Made by a program: the position numbers and the translations under genes | The notes under the pieces: generated by a model | Database searches by the model: none | What the model was told of the DNA's origin: nothing | Seen by the model: the letters and a program-made list of their open reading frames with translations, nothing else | Assembly: GCA_965235115.1 (NCBI GenBank) | Contig: OZ249443.1 | Location: 7,874,001 to 7,938,000 of the forward strand | Source: Laetmonice hystrix | Lineage: Eukaryota | DNA: 64,000 bases | Direction: 5' to 3' | In this document: positions 53,821-64,000 of the stretch, piece after piece | Layout of the letters: every line of letters starts with the position of its first letter | How positions within the stretch are numbered: position 1 is the first letter of the stretch

Positions 53821-53889
53821 CTCGGCACGACAAGTAGGTCCTCCACAACATAGAGAAAGATGCTGTCGTCTCGTTCCGACAATATAGAG
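53821..53889 (-). CDS. Probable coding exon (SILSERDDSIFLYVVEDLLVVP), product unknown
   Basis: Acceptor gactgtttgcag, donor AG|gtaggc, phase 2-2, continues the frame of 54116-54182. All three frames are open here, so the frame choice rests on phase and composition. Confidence 0.5.
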
Positions 53890-54115
53890 CTGCAAACAGT
53901 CCAAGTCAAACATCCACAAAATATGGTTCTGTGTTGTACTGGCCCCCATCCGTACGTCACCAGACAATAGAAAGTAACCCAAGGACAGACCGAGGTCCAG
54001 CCCCACTATTTACATCACCGACAGCTGCAGCAGTATATCCTACCTCCCACCACCAGCCACATACAATACAGTCCCGCCGCCCTATTATTCCCGTTAAATA
54101 TCAAGAGTGACTCAC

Positions 54116-54182
54116 TCCGAAAACCATTTACTATCGACAAGGAGAAATGATGGGAGATTGTTATTTCTAGCACAGTCTACAC
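54116..54182 (-). CDS. Probable coding exon (VDCARNNNLPSFLLVDSKWFS), product unknown
   Basis: Acceptor atgttatattgtag, donor GA|gtgagt, single open frame that is phase-compatible with 55505-55590. Confidence 0.55.
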
Positions 54183-54404
54183 CTACAATATAACATTTTA
54201 CATGTAAAATGATAACCTCTAATTCGACTGGTGTGTGGAAGTTGAATAGAAGGCCGGTAAATTGTTGTGTCGACGGTTCCTGGCTGGCGCACGGGAATGC
54301 AAAAGGTAGTTGTTGTCAAATATAGAAAAAGACATACTACACGGACATGCAATATTATCCTGTTTTAACTTAAAAACGCCGATAATACATAAAACGCTCT
54401 GGCC

Positions 54405-54790
54405 GTCATCAGACCCCACCAGGTCAGAGACAGCCTACATGGCTACCTCTGATTGTCATCAGACCTCATCAGGTCAGAGACAGCCTACATGGCTACCTCT
54501 GATTGTCATCAGACCCCATCAGGTCACAGACAGCCTACATGGCTACCTCTGATTGTCACCAGACCCCATCAGGTCACAGACAGCCTACATGGCTACCTCT
54601 GATTGTTATATCCATGGATGCCTCTGACCGTAAAATCAGACCCCATCAGGTCAGAGACAGCCTACATGGCTACCTCTGACCGTAAAATCAGACCCCATCA
54701 GGTCAGAGACAGCCTACATGGCTACCTCTAATTGTTATATCCATGGATGCCTCTGACCGTAAAATCAGACCCCATCATGTCCTGACCGTA
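54405..54790. repeat. Minisatellite, 50-bp unit with composite 3' variants
   Basis: agaccccatcaggtcagagacagcctacatggctacctctgattgtcatc x4, then units interleaved with a second module (gttatatccatggatgcctctgaccgtaaaatc). Confidence 0.95.
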
Positions 54791-55504
54791 ATCAGACCGT
54801 TGATGTCACACCATCACCGCCAGCGGTCACCACCATGATCAGACACCGGACACTACACCAACCTCGCTGTGATCCGCAGGCCGTGACCTTTACTGACCCT
54901 CCACTCTCCACCCCCAACCCGAGCCAGCCCAGGCCGCCGGCCACCACCCCTATACCTACGGGCCACTCCAGGTCCACCACTCACCCTGGTTTCCCCTCCT
55001 TTGTTTCCATCTGTCATGGCCACTAATTATGCCTGATTGATGTTATCTGCCACCAGGCGTCAGGTTAAATTTCCTTGCTCCTGTTCAGCAGGACCCCTCT
55101 CCCCAAGCTGGGAGGTCCGGGAGGTCCGACGTGTCGGCCCGACACCCCAGCCTGAGACTGAACGGACCCCAGACGGCCTGGAGCCTGCCTGGCAACCACC
55201 TCCATCTGGTGTTCAATAATCATCGTATTTCATGTGGTCCACCTGATTTACCTTTCCTCCCCATACCCCTCCCCCCTCCCGTTGGGTGACCACCTTCTAA
55301 AGTATCTTCTATCCAGCTGATTCTGCTCGGAGTAATAACCCCCAAGAAGGTATACGTTATGACCTTTTCGAAGGTATCTTGATGAAATACTTTTTTCCAC
55401 GCCCACCTGAATCTAAAGTGACCAAGATCTAAGCGCAATATCAGAAATCTGCCACCAGCCGAGGCAATTCTACCTTTGGATGTTTCGGTGTGAAGGTCAT
55501 TTAC

Positions 55505-55590
55505 CAGCAATGCCGTGTTGATCAAATATCTCTTGAACCTTCCACCATATTTCTTCCGTCATGACCTGCTCCTCAAGCTTCCCCTCGACC
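55505..55590 (-). CDS. Probable coding exon (VEGKLEEQVMTEEIWWKVQEIFDQHGIA), product unknown
   Basis: Acceptor gtgtatccacag, donor G|gtaaat, single open frame, protein-like composition. Confidence 0.55.
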
Positions 55591-56598
55591 CTGTGGATAC
55601 ACCGTACATATATCTGTGTGTGAATCTAATGTAAATACACCGCTGGCCAAAGAAGTCACTATTTGTTCGTACCCCTGCTGAAGTGTGCCCTGAGGAGTAG
55701 TTCCTGACTAGTTGATACAGTGTTGTATAAATGCCCCAGCCGGCCAGGAACAATCCATACATGATTTATTGCCGTCTGTCTGGGTTCCTGTGATCTAACT
55801 GATTCAACCATGGCCAGGCTATCGGAAAACAAACACTTCGCAACAGAAAATATCACAGGGACATCACACATCACTGATCCTGGCGAAAGCTCATTACCTA
55901 AAGTAGTGCGCAGTTGTTTTAAAGTTACTAATCTCAGTGTTGAGTACAAATTAAATGCACTTTCTACGACATATTCTACTAGAGACTGCAGCCTGGCCGG
56001 CGTTCTGAATGATCAAGGATGAAAACCATCTGCTAATTGAACATGTGTTTTTGGCTGGAAAACATGACATAAAAACGGCAATAATCTCAGCCATTAGGTA
56101 TCGCAATTTTACAAGGATTGCTCCATTACAAACAAGTTTATTGATTGCAAACGATTTTTTCCCTTTCGCTATATTTATACTCTAAGGTGCGAAATGCGGA
56201 GAAAGGTCCAGTACCAGTTAATAGTCCTTGCCTGACTAAAACCTAGATACATTTATCACGTGTCATTCAACACATATTTATAAACCAACCTTTTTGTCCC
56301 CTTATATGGTTCTGTCGCTTGAACAATCCATTAATAAATTCTTTCGAAAGATTCTTCGCCAATTAATCCACTACAGATAATTTGGTGGATTAATGGAGTA
56401 AACATAATGTCCTAACTTAAATGCAATTAAAGAAATTGCAGGTTTTACCTGTTTCGTCATAGAACGGCTAGTTACACACAATTTTTACCCGAATAGATTA
56501 GCTAAATCGTCGCGACCTTTCACAAGCCTGAGGGCTTGGACTATGACGCCAACCTAATTAGTTCAAACAATATAAAAGACTGAACTGACAATAAAACA

Positions 56599-56614
56599 GA
56601 CGCCCTCTGGCGGG
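56599..56614 (-). promoter_or_regulatory. CTCF-like motif
   Basis: Reverse complement CCCGCCAGAGGGCGTC. Confidence 0.35.
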
Positions 56615-56971
56615 TCATTGAGGGCCCGAAGCCTTCCCATGATGCTCGAGGACGGCTGCCTTCCCATGATTCCGACTGACCGGCGCCATAACCCCCCCCC
56701 CCTCTCCACGTCCTACTGACACCAAATGCCTGACTGCCCCCCCCTGTATCCTGTTATTCCACACTCTACCTTTCCGTGCCCAGACCCATACTTCCCGGTC
56801 TCCATGAGTACACGTTCCCATGGAGAGACGCAGTGCTGGTTCCATTTACTGACCAATCCAGTGTGGACCGCAGGCTGCGGCTATTGGCCGCCCTGACCGG
56901 TCCATGTACCCGCCTGCAGGCCTTCTGGTGGCCACTTACACCATAAATACTCCCTCCCAACGCCATTCCTC

Positions 56972-57010
56972 ATTTCCATGGCAACAAACCCAGTGGGACA
57001 CCATGGCAAC
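56972..57010. promoter_or_regulatory. Paired X-box-like motifs
   Basis: atttccatggcaac (56972-56985) and gacaccatggcaac (56997-57010). Confidence 0.35.
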
Positions 57011-58596
57011 GATAGCCATCCACCCGGCATTGTTTCACGTCCTCAGCTGCTGTTCCTGTGCCTCATTAGTTAACCCTTCCATGGGTATACACCCCTCGAG
57101 TACCTTACTATCCTAGCCATAGAAAACCTCAAACTCCTTAGTGTGCAGACCCCCTGCCAACCAGACCCTACCACATTGTGTCAGTATTATAACTGTGCTG
57201 TATAACTTGGTCAAAGCATTACAATAGAAAGCGCACTGCCCTGACTATAAGAGTTAACAAGGATGATCCAATGGGAAGCCATCAAAGATCACAGGGTAAC
57301 ATTGGCCAATAACCAATGATGAGCCACAGCGAGCAATGACGAGCACAGAGTCGGGGTTGTAATTGACAACCTCAATATTGGTGCTACTAGGCTGACCGTT
57401 ATTGCCCGTGTAATGATGCCCTGTAAACATTTAGGCCAATTAAAGGACAGTCCAATAAAGTGAATGCTTATTGTGATCAGTCCGGAACCCCGCCGCCCTG
57501 TAATCAGTATGCCACGACTTCAATCTCATCACTGTTGGACAAATCCTGGATCCGGCTCCACATGTCCTGTGACAACCCCACAAAAAATAACAGGAATTAT
57601 AATACATCATTTGCCGCCGTTGAGTTTGATAAAAACAACTTTGTCCCAAGGCCCCCAGGTTTTGCCGAATGCCTTTTTCTTGGCATCATTTTAATGCACA
57701 CTGCCAATTCAACAATTAGGAAGAAAAAAACCTCCTCCGAACTGCTTTCCAATAATCACACCTACTTATTCAATGTAAATGCACATATTCAGTTTTTCTT
57801 TCAGCCTGTAACTTTGATGAGTTTTTTTACTTGCTGTCGATCACAGAAAACAAAGATCCAATCAGCACCAAGTAAATTATACTGCAGAGCTATTATAAAA
57901 GAAACGCATACTTTATCACACGTTTATACGTATGTTTTTACACAGGTCGGTTCAATAACGTGTCTCCATTCAGTACTAGACCAACCAGCCTTCTACCACA
58001 GGAAGTAGTAGCACAAATACAAGAGGACAAATTAACTGCAATCATTCACATTCACAATATTCATAATATGAGATGTAACTATAATGGAGGTCATCAGTGA
58101 GATAGGCTAGACTGTAAGAACAAGAGAACTCCCTGGGCTGGCAATACGAATCTTCCTTCGTATAGATTATATGATTTTATATGATGTGATTTTTCCCGTC
58201 CTATTATACCTCAGTCTGCTGCGATAGCCATCCTGACCATCTCCCACCAGCCCGACGGGCCTTGTCACTGGACAGTCCCTGCTGTGCCATCATCAAACAC
58301 TTTACACGGCTCTTCCAACCCGCCGGCCTTTGTCCGTTTTTCCGATTTCTTGTATAAGAAAAATGATGACATGGCCAATAACCTCGGTTGATTCTGAAAG
58401 GACATGGCGGGAGCTGACATTTTTCTATTTTAAATGCGGAGTGTTCATCACCACTCCCTGCGTTATTCCCTCGCCCAGTCCTTGACTCATGGTGAAGACG
58501 GACAAAGACGTACAGAAGCCAGGCTCCTCCACACCCAGCCGTCTGCCTCAAGTGTCCTAACTCGGAACTTTGGTCACCACAGTCCACCGTACTCAC

Positions 58597-58649
58597 AAAT
58601 AATTGTTTTCACAGACAACAAGAATCGCTGAGATCAACAACAACGAGTT
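58597..58649 (-). CDS. Candidate upstream exon (NSLLLISAILVVCENNY), hydrophobic and signal-peptide-like
   Basis: Acceptor atgttgattag, donor TT|gtgagt, single open frame, phase-compatible with 55505-55590. Two other upstream donors (near 55670 and 56940) also fit. Confidence 0.3.
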
Positions 58650-60213
58650 CTAATCAACATTTAGGGTCAAAATCTACCCCCATGGACCCCAATACCTGAT
58701 ACCCTCACCCCGCGGTGTGGGGGAGGAGGTGAGGACCTCCGACTGTCGATCACGGGCGACGTGACGTAACTGACCAACTGACCCCTATCCTAATTCTCAC
58801 GCCCTAACTCGGTCTGTAGAAACTGACCAGTGAGATAAAGGGCCGCCACAGCACGCCTGACGACCCCAATCTCACATTTATTCCCAGCATTAACTGTTAT
58901 GTAATACATTCCTAACCCAACACCGATTGGCAGTTACGCAATAGTTGCCAAGGATGCCTAAATCGCACTAATGCACTTTTATGCTCAACTCAGTCTAGAC
59001 ATCACAACGGGCTTTGAACATTCTTGAATGCGCTTCAATCCGCTTTCTGAGGTCTCGTCTGCACGGGGTGACATTAATGTAGAAGGATGCCTAGCTTTTC
59101 CGACATCGCTGCCATCCAGTCTGCCTCTAAGACAGACAGTCTGTCAGTCTGTCAGTCTCTCAGCAGGTGTGGCTACATAAGAACCAGAGTTGGCCACGCC
59201 AGAGGCAGGCTTGGACACGTCCTATGGAAGCAGGCGTAGTTCCAGTTAAAGGGCATCCGCATCCCTTCACAACAGCTGCAGTAGAAATACATCAACGGTA
59301 AAAAATCCTATCCCATAAAACACATACACTGATAACCTATCAATATCAACATTTCACAGGTGCTTAACCATCCTAGTAATACAACACACCAGCTGTGAAA
59401 ACCAAAGGTTGAGAAAAAACCCAGCCGCTGCAGTCACAGGCTTACAAAATCACATTTCCTGTATTGCCTCCCATTGAATGCCAGTAAAACACACCATGGA
59501 TATCAACGCTAACATGTGTTCATTTCTCAAAACTGACGTTATACAAAACACTGCGCTTTCCAGCCTCGTTTTCACATCGGCCTCAAACCGGGATGGGAAC
59601 GCCACATGAGAAGAGCGCCGAAAATATGCGCCATCATGCAAAATTACGGAGCCATTTTCTCATTTGTCCGCTTGGAAATGGACAAATTTGTCTCCTGCAT
59701 GCAATCTGGTGATTTTCTGATGAATCTCTGAAAATGACATGAATCTATCAATTGATTCAATATGGGGTGGGTCGCCGTCCTTCTGTGGCCAACCAATCAC
59801 GAGTAGTATAGGTAATTGGGAGTGTCTGGTACGGCTCATCATCTGCCTTCTCTCTCCCCCCCCCCCCCCCCCCACCTCTGTCTCTCTCTACCCGGCTGGC
59901 CATGATGAGAACTACCGGCAGTAAGTGATGGCTACAGAAAGCACAGATATCGTCAAATCACGCATGCTGCCTTCGTCATTCTTTTAGCGTCACTTTAACA
60001 CTGTCTCCACAGAGTCCGGACATCTGCTTTGAGTTGATGATGTGTACAGCACGTTTTAAGTTATTATTTCACCATTAAACAACTACACGTTAAATCAATA
60101 CGAATCTAGTCGGTGCCCATCAATTCCAGAATAAACCCCGCCTGAACTGAACGGTTTCAACTGCTCACAGTTCCACCACAAACTGGTAGAAAAGTCAACC
60201 TGATTTGCTCCAA

Positions 60214-61111
60214 GTCTATGTGCCCATCAGCCCGATCTGCTGATGACAGGCCTATGTGACAATCACCACCCTCTGCTACCAGTAATAGGTCTATGTGACA
60301 ATCACCACGCTCTGCTACCAGTAATAGGTCTATGTGACAATAGGGGAGTGGCGGTGGCCTAGTGGGCATGGATGTCGACACCTTATGCTATGCGAATGGG
60401 TGCAGTAATCTTAGGGCCTGGGTTCGATTCCTGTAGAGGACTCTACAACTTTTCTCTTTAGGGACATTGTCAAAGTAATTGGGTTACCCCTGATGCCCGT
60501 GCATTTTTTCAAAAGAAAAATACACTCTGCTACCAGTAATAGGTCTATGTGCCCATCAGTCCGCTCTGCTACCAGTAATAGGTCTATGTGCCCATCAGTC
60601 CGCTCTGCTACCAGTAATAGGTCTATGTGCCCATCAGTCCGCTCTGCTACCAGTAACATGTCTATGTGCCTATCAGTCCGCTCTGCTACCAGTAATATGT
60701 CTATGTGACGATCACCACGCTCTGCTACCAGTAATAGGTCTATGTGACAATCACCACGCTCTGCTACCAGTAATAGGTCTATGTGACAATCACCACCCTC
60801 TGCTACCAGTAATAGGTCTATGTGACAATCACCACGCTCTGCTACCAGTAATAGGTCTATGTGCCCATCAGTCCGCTCTGCTACCAATAACAGGCCTATG
60901 TGACAATCACCACGCTCTGCTACCAGTAATAGGTCTATGTGCCCATCAGTCCGCTCTGCTACCAGTAATAGGTCTATGTGACAATCACCACCCTCTGCTA
61001 CCAGTAATAGGTCTATGTGACAATCACCACGCTCTGCTACAAGTAATAGGTTTATGTGCCCATCAGTCCGCTCTGCTACCAGTAACAGGTCTTTTTGCCC
61101 ATCAGCCCGAT
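60214..61111. repeat. Minisatellite, 39-bp unit in two variants, interrupted by a SINE-like insert
   Basis: gtaataggtctatgtgacaatcaccacgctctgctacca and gtaataggtctatgtgcccatcagtccgctctgctacca. About 3 units left and 15 right of the insert. Source of ORF 60411-61169. Confidence 0.97.
60343..60520 (+). mobile_element. tRNA-derived SINE-like element (or tRNA pseudogene with tail)
   Basis: Pol III A-box TGGCCTAGTGG (60355-60365), B-box GGTTCGATTCC (60421-60431), A-rich end aaaagaaaaa (60511-60520). The acceptor stem does not pair, so it is not an intact tRNA. Confidence 0.7.
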
Positions 61112-62685
61112 CATCCGAGCCTCCTTGACTGGTCAGAGAAGCACAGCAGTAAACGACAGCTAGTGCCATGGCAAGTGGCTCATTATTACCTTAATCATAA
61201 AAAGTAATCATTTCATAAGCTTGTTGGCATCAACAGTGATGCGCCCAACCTTCAGATCCAGGATCTGCACTCACAGTGTGTGATGGCAGACAATAATTAC
61301 GGCAATCTGGGAGAATTAAACTCGAGATATGACAGAGGAGTTTCAAAAAGACCCGGCACCTGCATTAGACGACATGGATTCTCATCACCAGGCTCTTACT
61401 CACAGCGAAATAACCGACTCGACATGAAGTCTTCAATTTTCAATCTCACTGAAAGTTAATTGGGTCTGGAAAACATCTTTCGACTAGACTCCAGGAAGCA
61501 GGTCCCAAGAATATGATTTTAGCCAGCCAGTAATCTGGGTATTTAACAAGCAACCATTTAATGTACTCCAGTATTAGACAGCACCCCTCAGGACTGGCCT
61601 TCAATCCCTTTATTACTGTGCCATTGATGAGTTTTAGATGGACCAGAATTTCCTGTGGATGTCCCACATGAACACGATTTAAATTACCTCACCCACTTCC
61701 TTTAGTGTAGAATGTAGTTGTACTCAGTGATTGTCTGTTGTGCTATGAATTTACATTGACAGGCTGTGGTTGCGGGGCCCCCTTGCTCTTGTCTCATTAA
61801 CATTCAATATACCACTGGTTCCGAGGGGGCGTCAGGAGCCGTAACGAGGCTTGAATACAGCCGGCGCCACATCCGGGCTCTTCATCTAGACGCTGGCAGA
61901 CGACTTTTGGATTCCAATCAGTGCATTCTAAATGATCGGCGTCTGAATGACCCCCTTCTCAAGAACCTCTTACAGGAGGTGGGGAAAGCAGCACCTTAAT
62001 CAGCCCCCTCACCTGAGGTCTTGTTCCCAACCCCTCCAGGCTATAACCTGAAGTCAATGCGGGTAAATTACCTTCATCCTCTACGTATGAATGCATGGAC
62101 TCCTCTTTGTAAGTATAAATATAGACACGTAAGATCGGCTGGGTGCGACATAACTTCACAGGTTGGACACCAACATTTTGTTAGGTGTAAACAGTGGGCA
62201 TCTCCAAGGTATCATTAACTCTAGCTGGTTGTGTAAACAAATCTTTTCTTCCATTCAGGGCCTGGTGGTGTTTCTCTGAGTTCTATGCGATATTTCAAGT
62301 GGTTATGAATGACTCCCTGGGGCTGATTCATTCATTCAATGCAATCTCCCCCCGATCAAAGAGTCCCTCTTAACGCTAACCGCGGCTTGGCTTAGAATCC
62401 ACTGGGGCGGAATACTCAATCTGCAAGTCGTCCTCAACCCTTAAACCCCACCAACCCCTCCCCCAAAACTCATTACCCTTCTTACCCCATTGTCCCGCTC
62501 ATTGTTGAACACTCTGCGATCAGGGACTACACAGGTTCCGGCTCTAAAGCACCTAATCCAGCCGCCACCAGAAACCTATGTTTACGGCTTCCTATGCATG
62601 CCTTTGCCTTGCTAATTGTAATCACAGGAAAGCAATCACCATACAGCAACTCTCTGCTCTTCGTTTTGCTGATCACCGCATTTAG

Positions 62686-62898
62686 AGCCTTTAATGACTA
62701 CCGCTTCAAAGTGGGTCACTTGGCGGTTTGGTCCGAGGTCGTCGTTCACCCTGAGGCACTGTCTGAATTAAAATTGCCGAAACCTCAGATCGGTGGTATA
62801 CGACCGGTTCCTGATGTGGATACGAGAAGCCGTAGTTTGAACCGGGGAATTCCCCCCAATGGATCTGATCCGAATCTGGATCAGTGTGGGCAATCAGG
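62686..62898 (+). CDS. Candidate exon (AFNDYRFKVGHLAVWSEVVVHPEALSELKLPKPQIGG...DQCGQS), product unknown
   Basis: Pyrimidine-rich acceptor ctctctgctcttcgttttgctgatcaccgcatttag, 70 open codons, donor GG|gtgagc. No partner exon found. Confidence 0.22.
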
Positions 62899-63045
62899 GT
62901 GAGCTGGGTTAATGGCAGTGTGGGAGACAGAGAGGCCCAAGGCGGGCTGTCCTATAGGGAACCCGGGGTGGAGTGTTTGATGGTCACTGATAATGATTCC
63001 CCGGGGATCACTCCGGGGATTGGAGAGGTTAGTCTCCGCCAGGGA

Positions 63046-63061
63046 CAGCGCCACCTGTAGG
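63046..63061 (-). promoter_or_regulatory. CTCF-like motif
   Basis: Reverse complement CCTACAGGTGGCGCTG. Confidence 0.35.
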
Positions 63062-64000
63062 AGATCTTTAAAACGTTTTGGGGGGCATTTCATTCATCAC
63101 CAACATCTCAGCAACTCGTCCTGCTCCTCCAGCCTAACCTTTGTCTGTTTATGTCCAGACACTGGGACAGGCTTGTGGACAGGAACGAGTTGACCATCTC
63201 CTGAGGATAGGACTGTACTTCTATCACACACAGATAGTGGCTGACTGATGTTTCACGCCCTGTCATCAACCTACAGGTCATCTTCAGGGCGGCCACACAT
63301 TCTTTGAGATAGCATCGTACAAAAATAGCTCACTCGTGATGATATGGCCTACCATCTATGCGCCCGAGTGAATAAAGCAGTATTTTCCCAAATATCGACT
63401 ATCTCAAGACATGATCAGAGTCATTTGAAGACATTATCAGGCTAGTTAAATGAGACCCAAATCACAAACCACATTGCAAGGAAAAATAAAAAGTCGGTTA
63501 TTACAAAGCCACCTTGTAACAAATACTTGAAGACAATCGCATGCTGAAATCGCAGTCTGCGTGTCTAATGATTTCCATGTATGAATTTTCCTCCCATATC
63601 ACCAGTTCTATTTTAAAAAGTACTTTTTGCATTTTCCTGAGAAATACGGCCACCTGTCCTGGAAACCTAGGGAAGGGTCCATATTTTTGTATTTTTCTTC
63701 GCCTGGTAATCCTTTGACTCATGCCCCCAAGTCCAAGCTGCCAGACTCCCCGGAGAGATGGGATTTAGCGTGTGGTAAGCTCATGTCCCTTAGGACTAGC
63801 AGCACGAGCTCAGGTCGGTAAACACCCAGCCACAAATATTGGCGTTTCCCCACTGTCTGGCGGCTGCTTAATTAGCAGGATACACTCGTGATGTGTAGCA
63901 GAAGGTAGTTATGATAAGGCATGCTGTCAAGGGTCTCCCTAAATTCCTGGTTGAGTTGCTCAGTTTGGTCCGGCTGTAAATAGGATTGCACTGTACCACC

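Noticed and set aside
53821-55762. Loose resemblance of the spliced peptide to the fukutin N-terminal stem or to SH3TC proteins
   Set aside because: Based on remembered sequences and scattered residues only. No LicD catalytic motif or convincing in-frame SH3 domain was found, so no gene name is given.
57460-58008. 182-aa plus-strand ORF
   Set aside because: No recognisable domain or splice support, and one ORF of this size is plausible by chance in 64 kb.
59165-59276. VVKGCGC resembling a TGF-beta C-terminus
   Set aside because: It is not terminal, and no other cystine-knot cysteines or upstream motifs are present.
60411-61169. 252-aa ORF with DLLLVAERTDGHI repeats
   Set aside because: It is a 39-bp non-coding-looking array whose unit is divisible by three. 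It runs antisense into the SINE and has no other coding support.

Overview
This window reads as eukaryotic, intron-rich animal genomic DNA, not prokaryotic sequence. It shows no operon-like gene packing, rRNA, intact tRNA or CRISPR array, and no protein family I can name. Strong CTCF-like and RFX-like motifs, long G/C homopolymers and many minisatellites suggest a bilaterian, probably invertebrate, genome (inference only). Best-supported features: (1) seven unrelated tandem-repeat arrays with units of 26/40, 64/84, 104, 84, 77, 50 and 39 bp, roughly 5.8 kb in total, which explain most long entries in the ORF track; (2) a 683-bp non-coding element with ~100-bp terminal inverted repeats, GG...CC ends and an 8-9 bp target-site duplication (19741-20423); (3) a tRNA-derived SINE-like insert sitting inside the 39-bp array; (4) a 168-bp fold-back element and MITE-like fragments; (5) a probable spliced minus-strand gene of unknown product (phase-compatible exons at 55505-55590, 54116-54182 and 53821-53889), plus weaker exon chains and a region with two overlapping open frames at 36650-37352. 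I did not find a clearly novel biological system. Exon calls were made by eye and carry selection bias.
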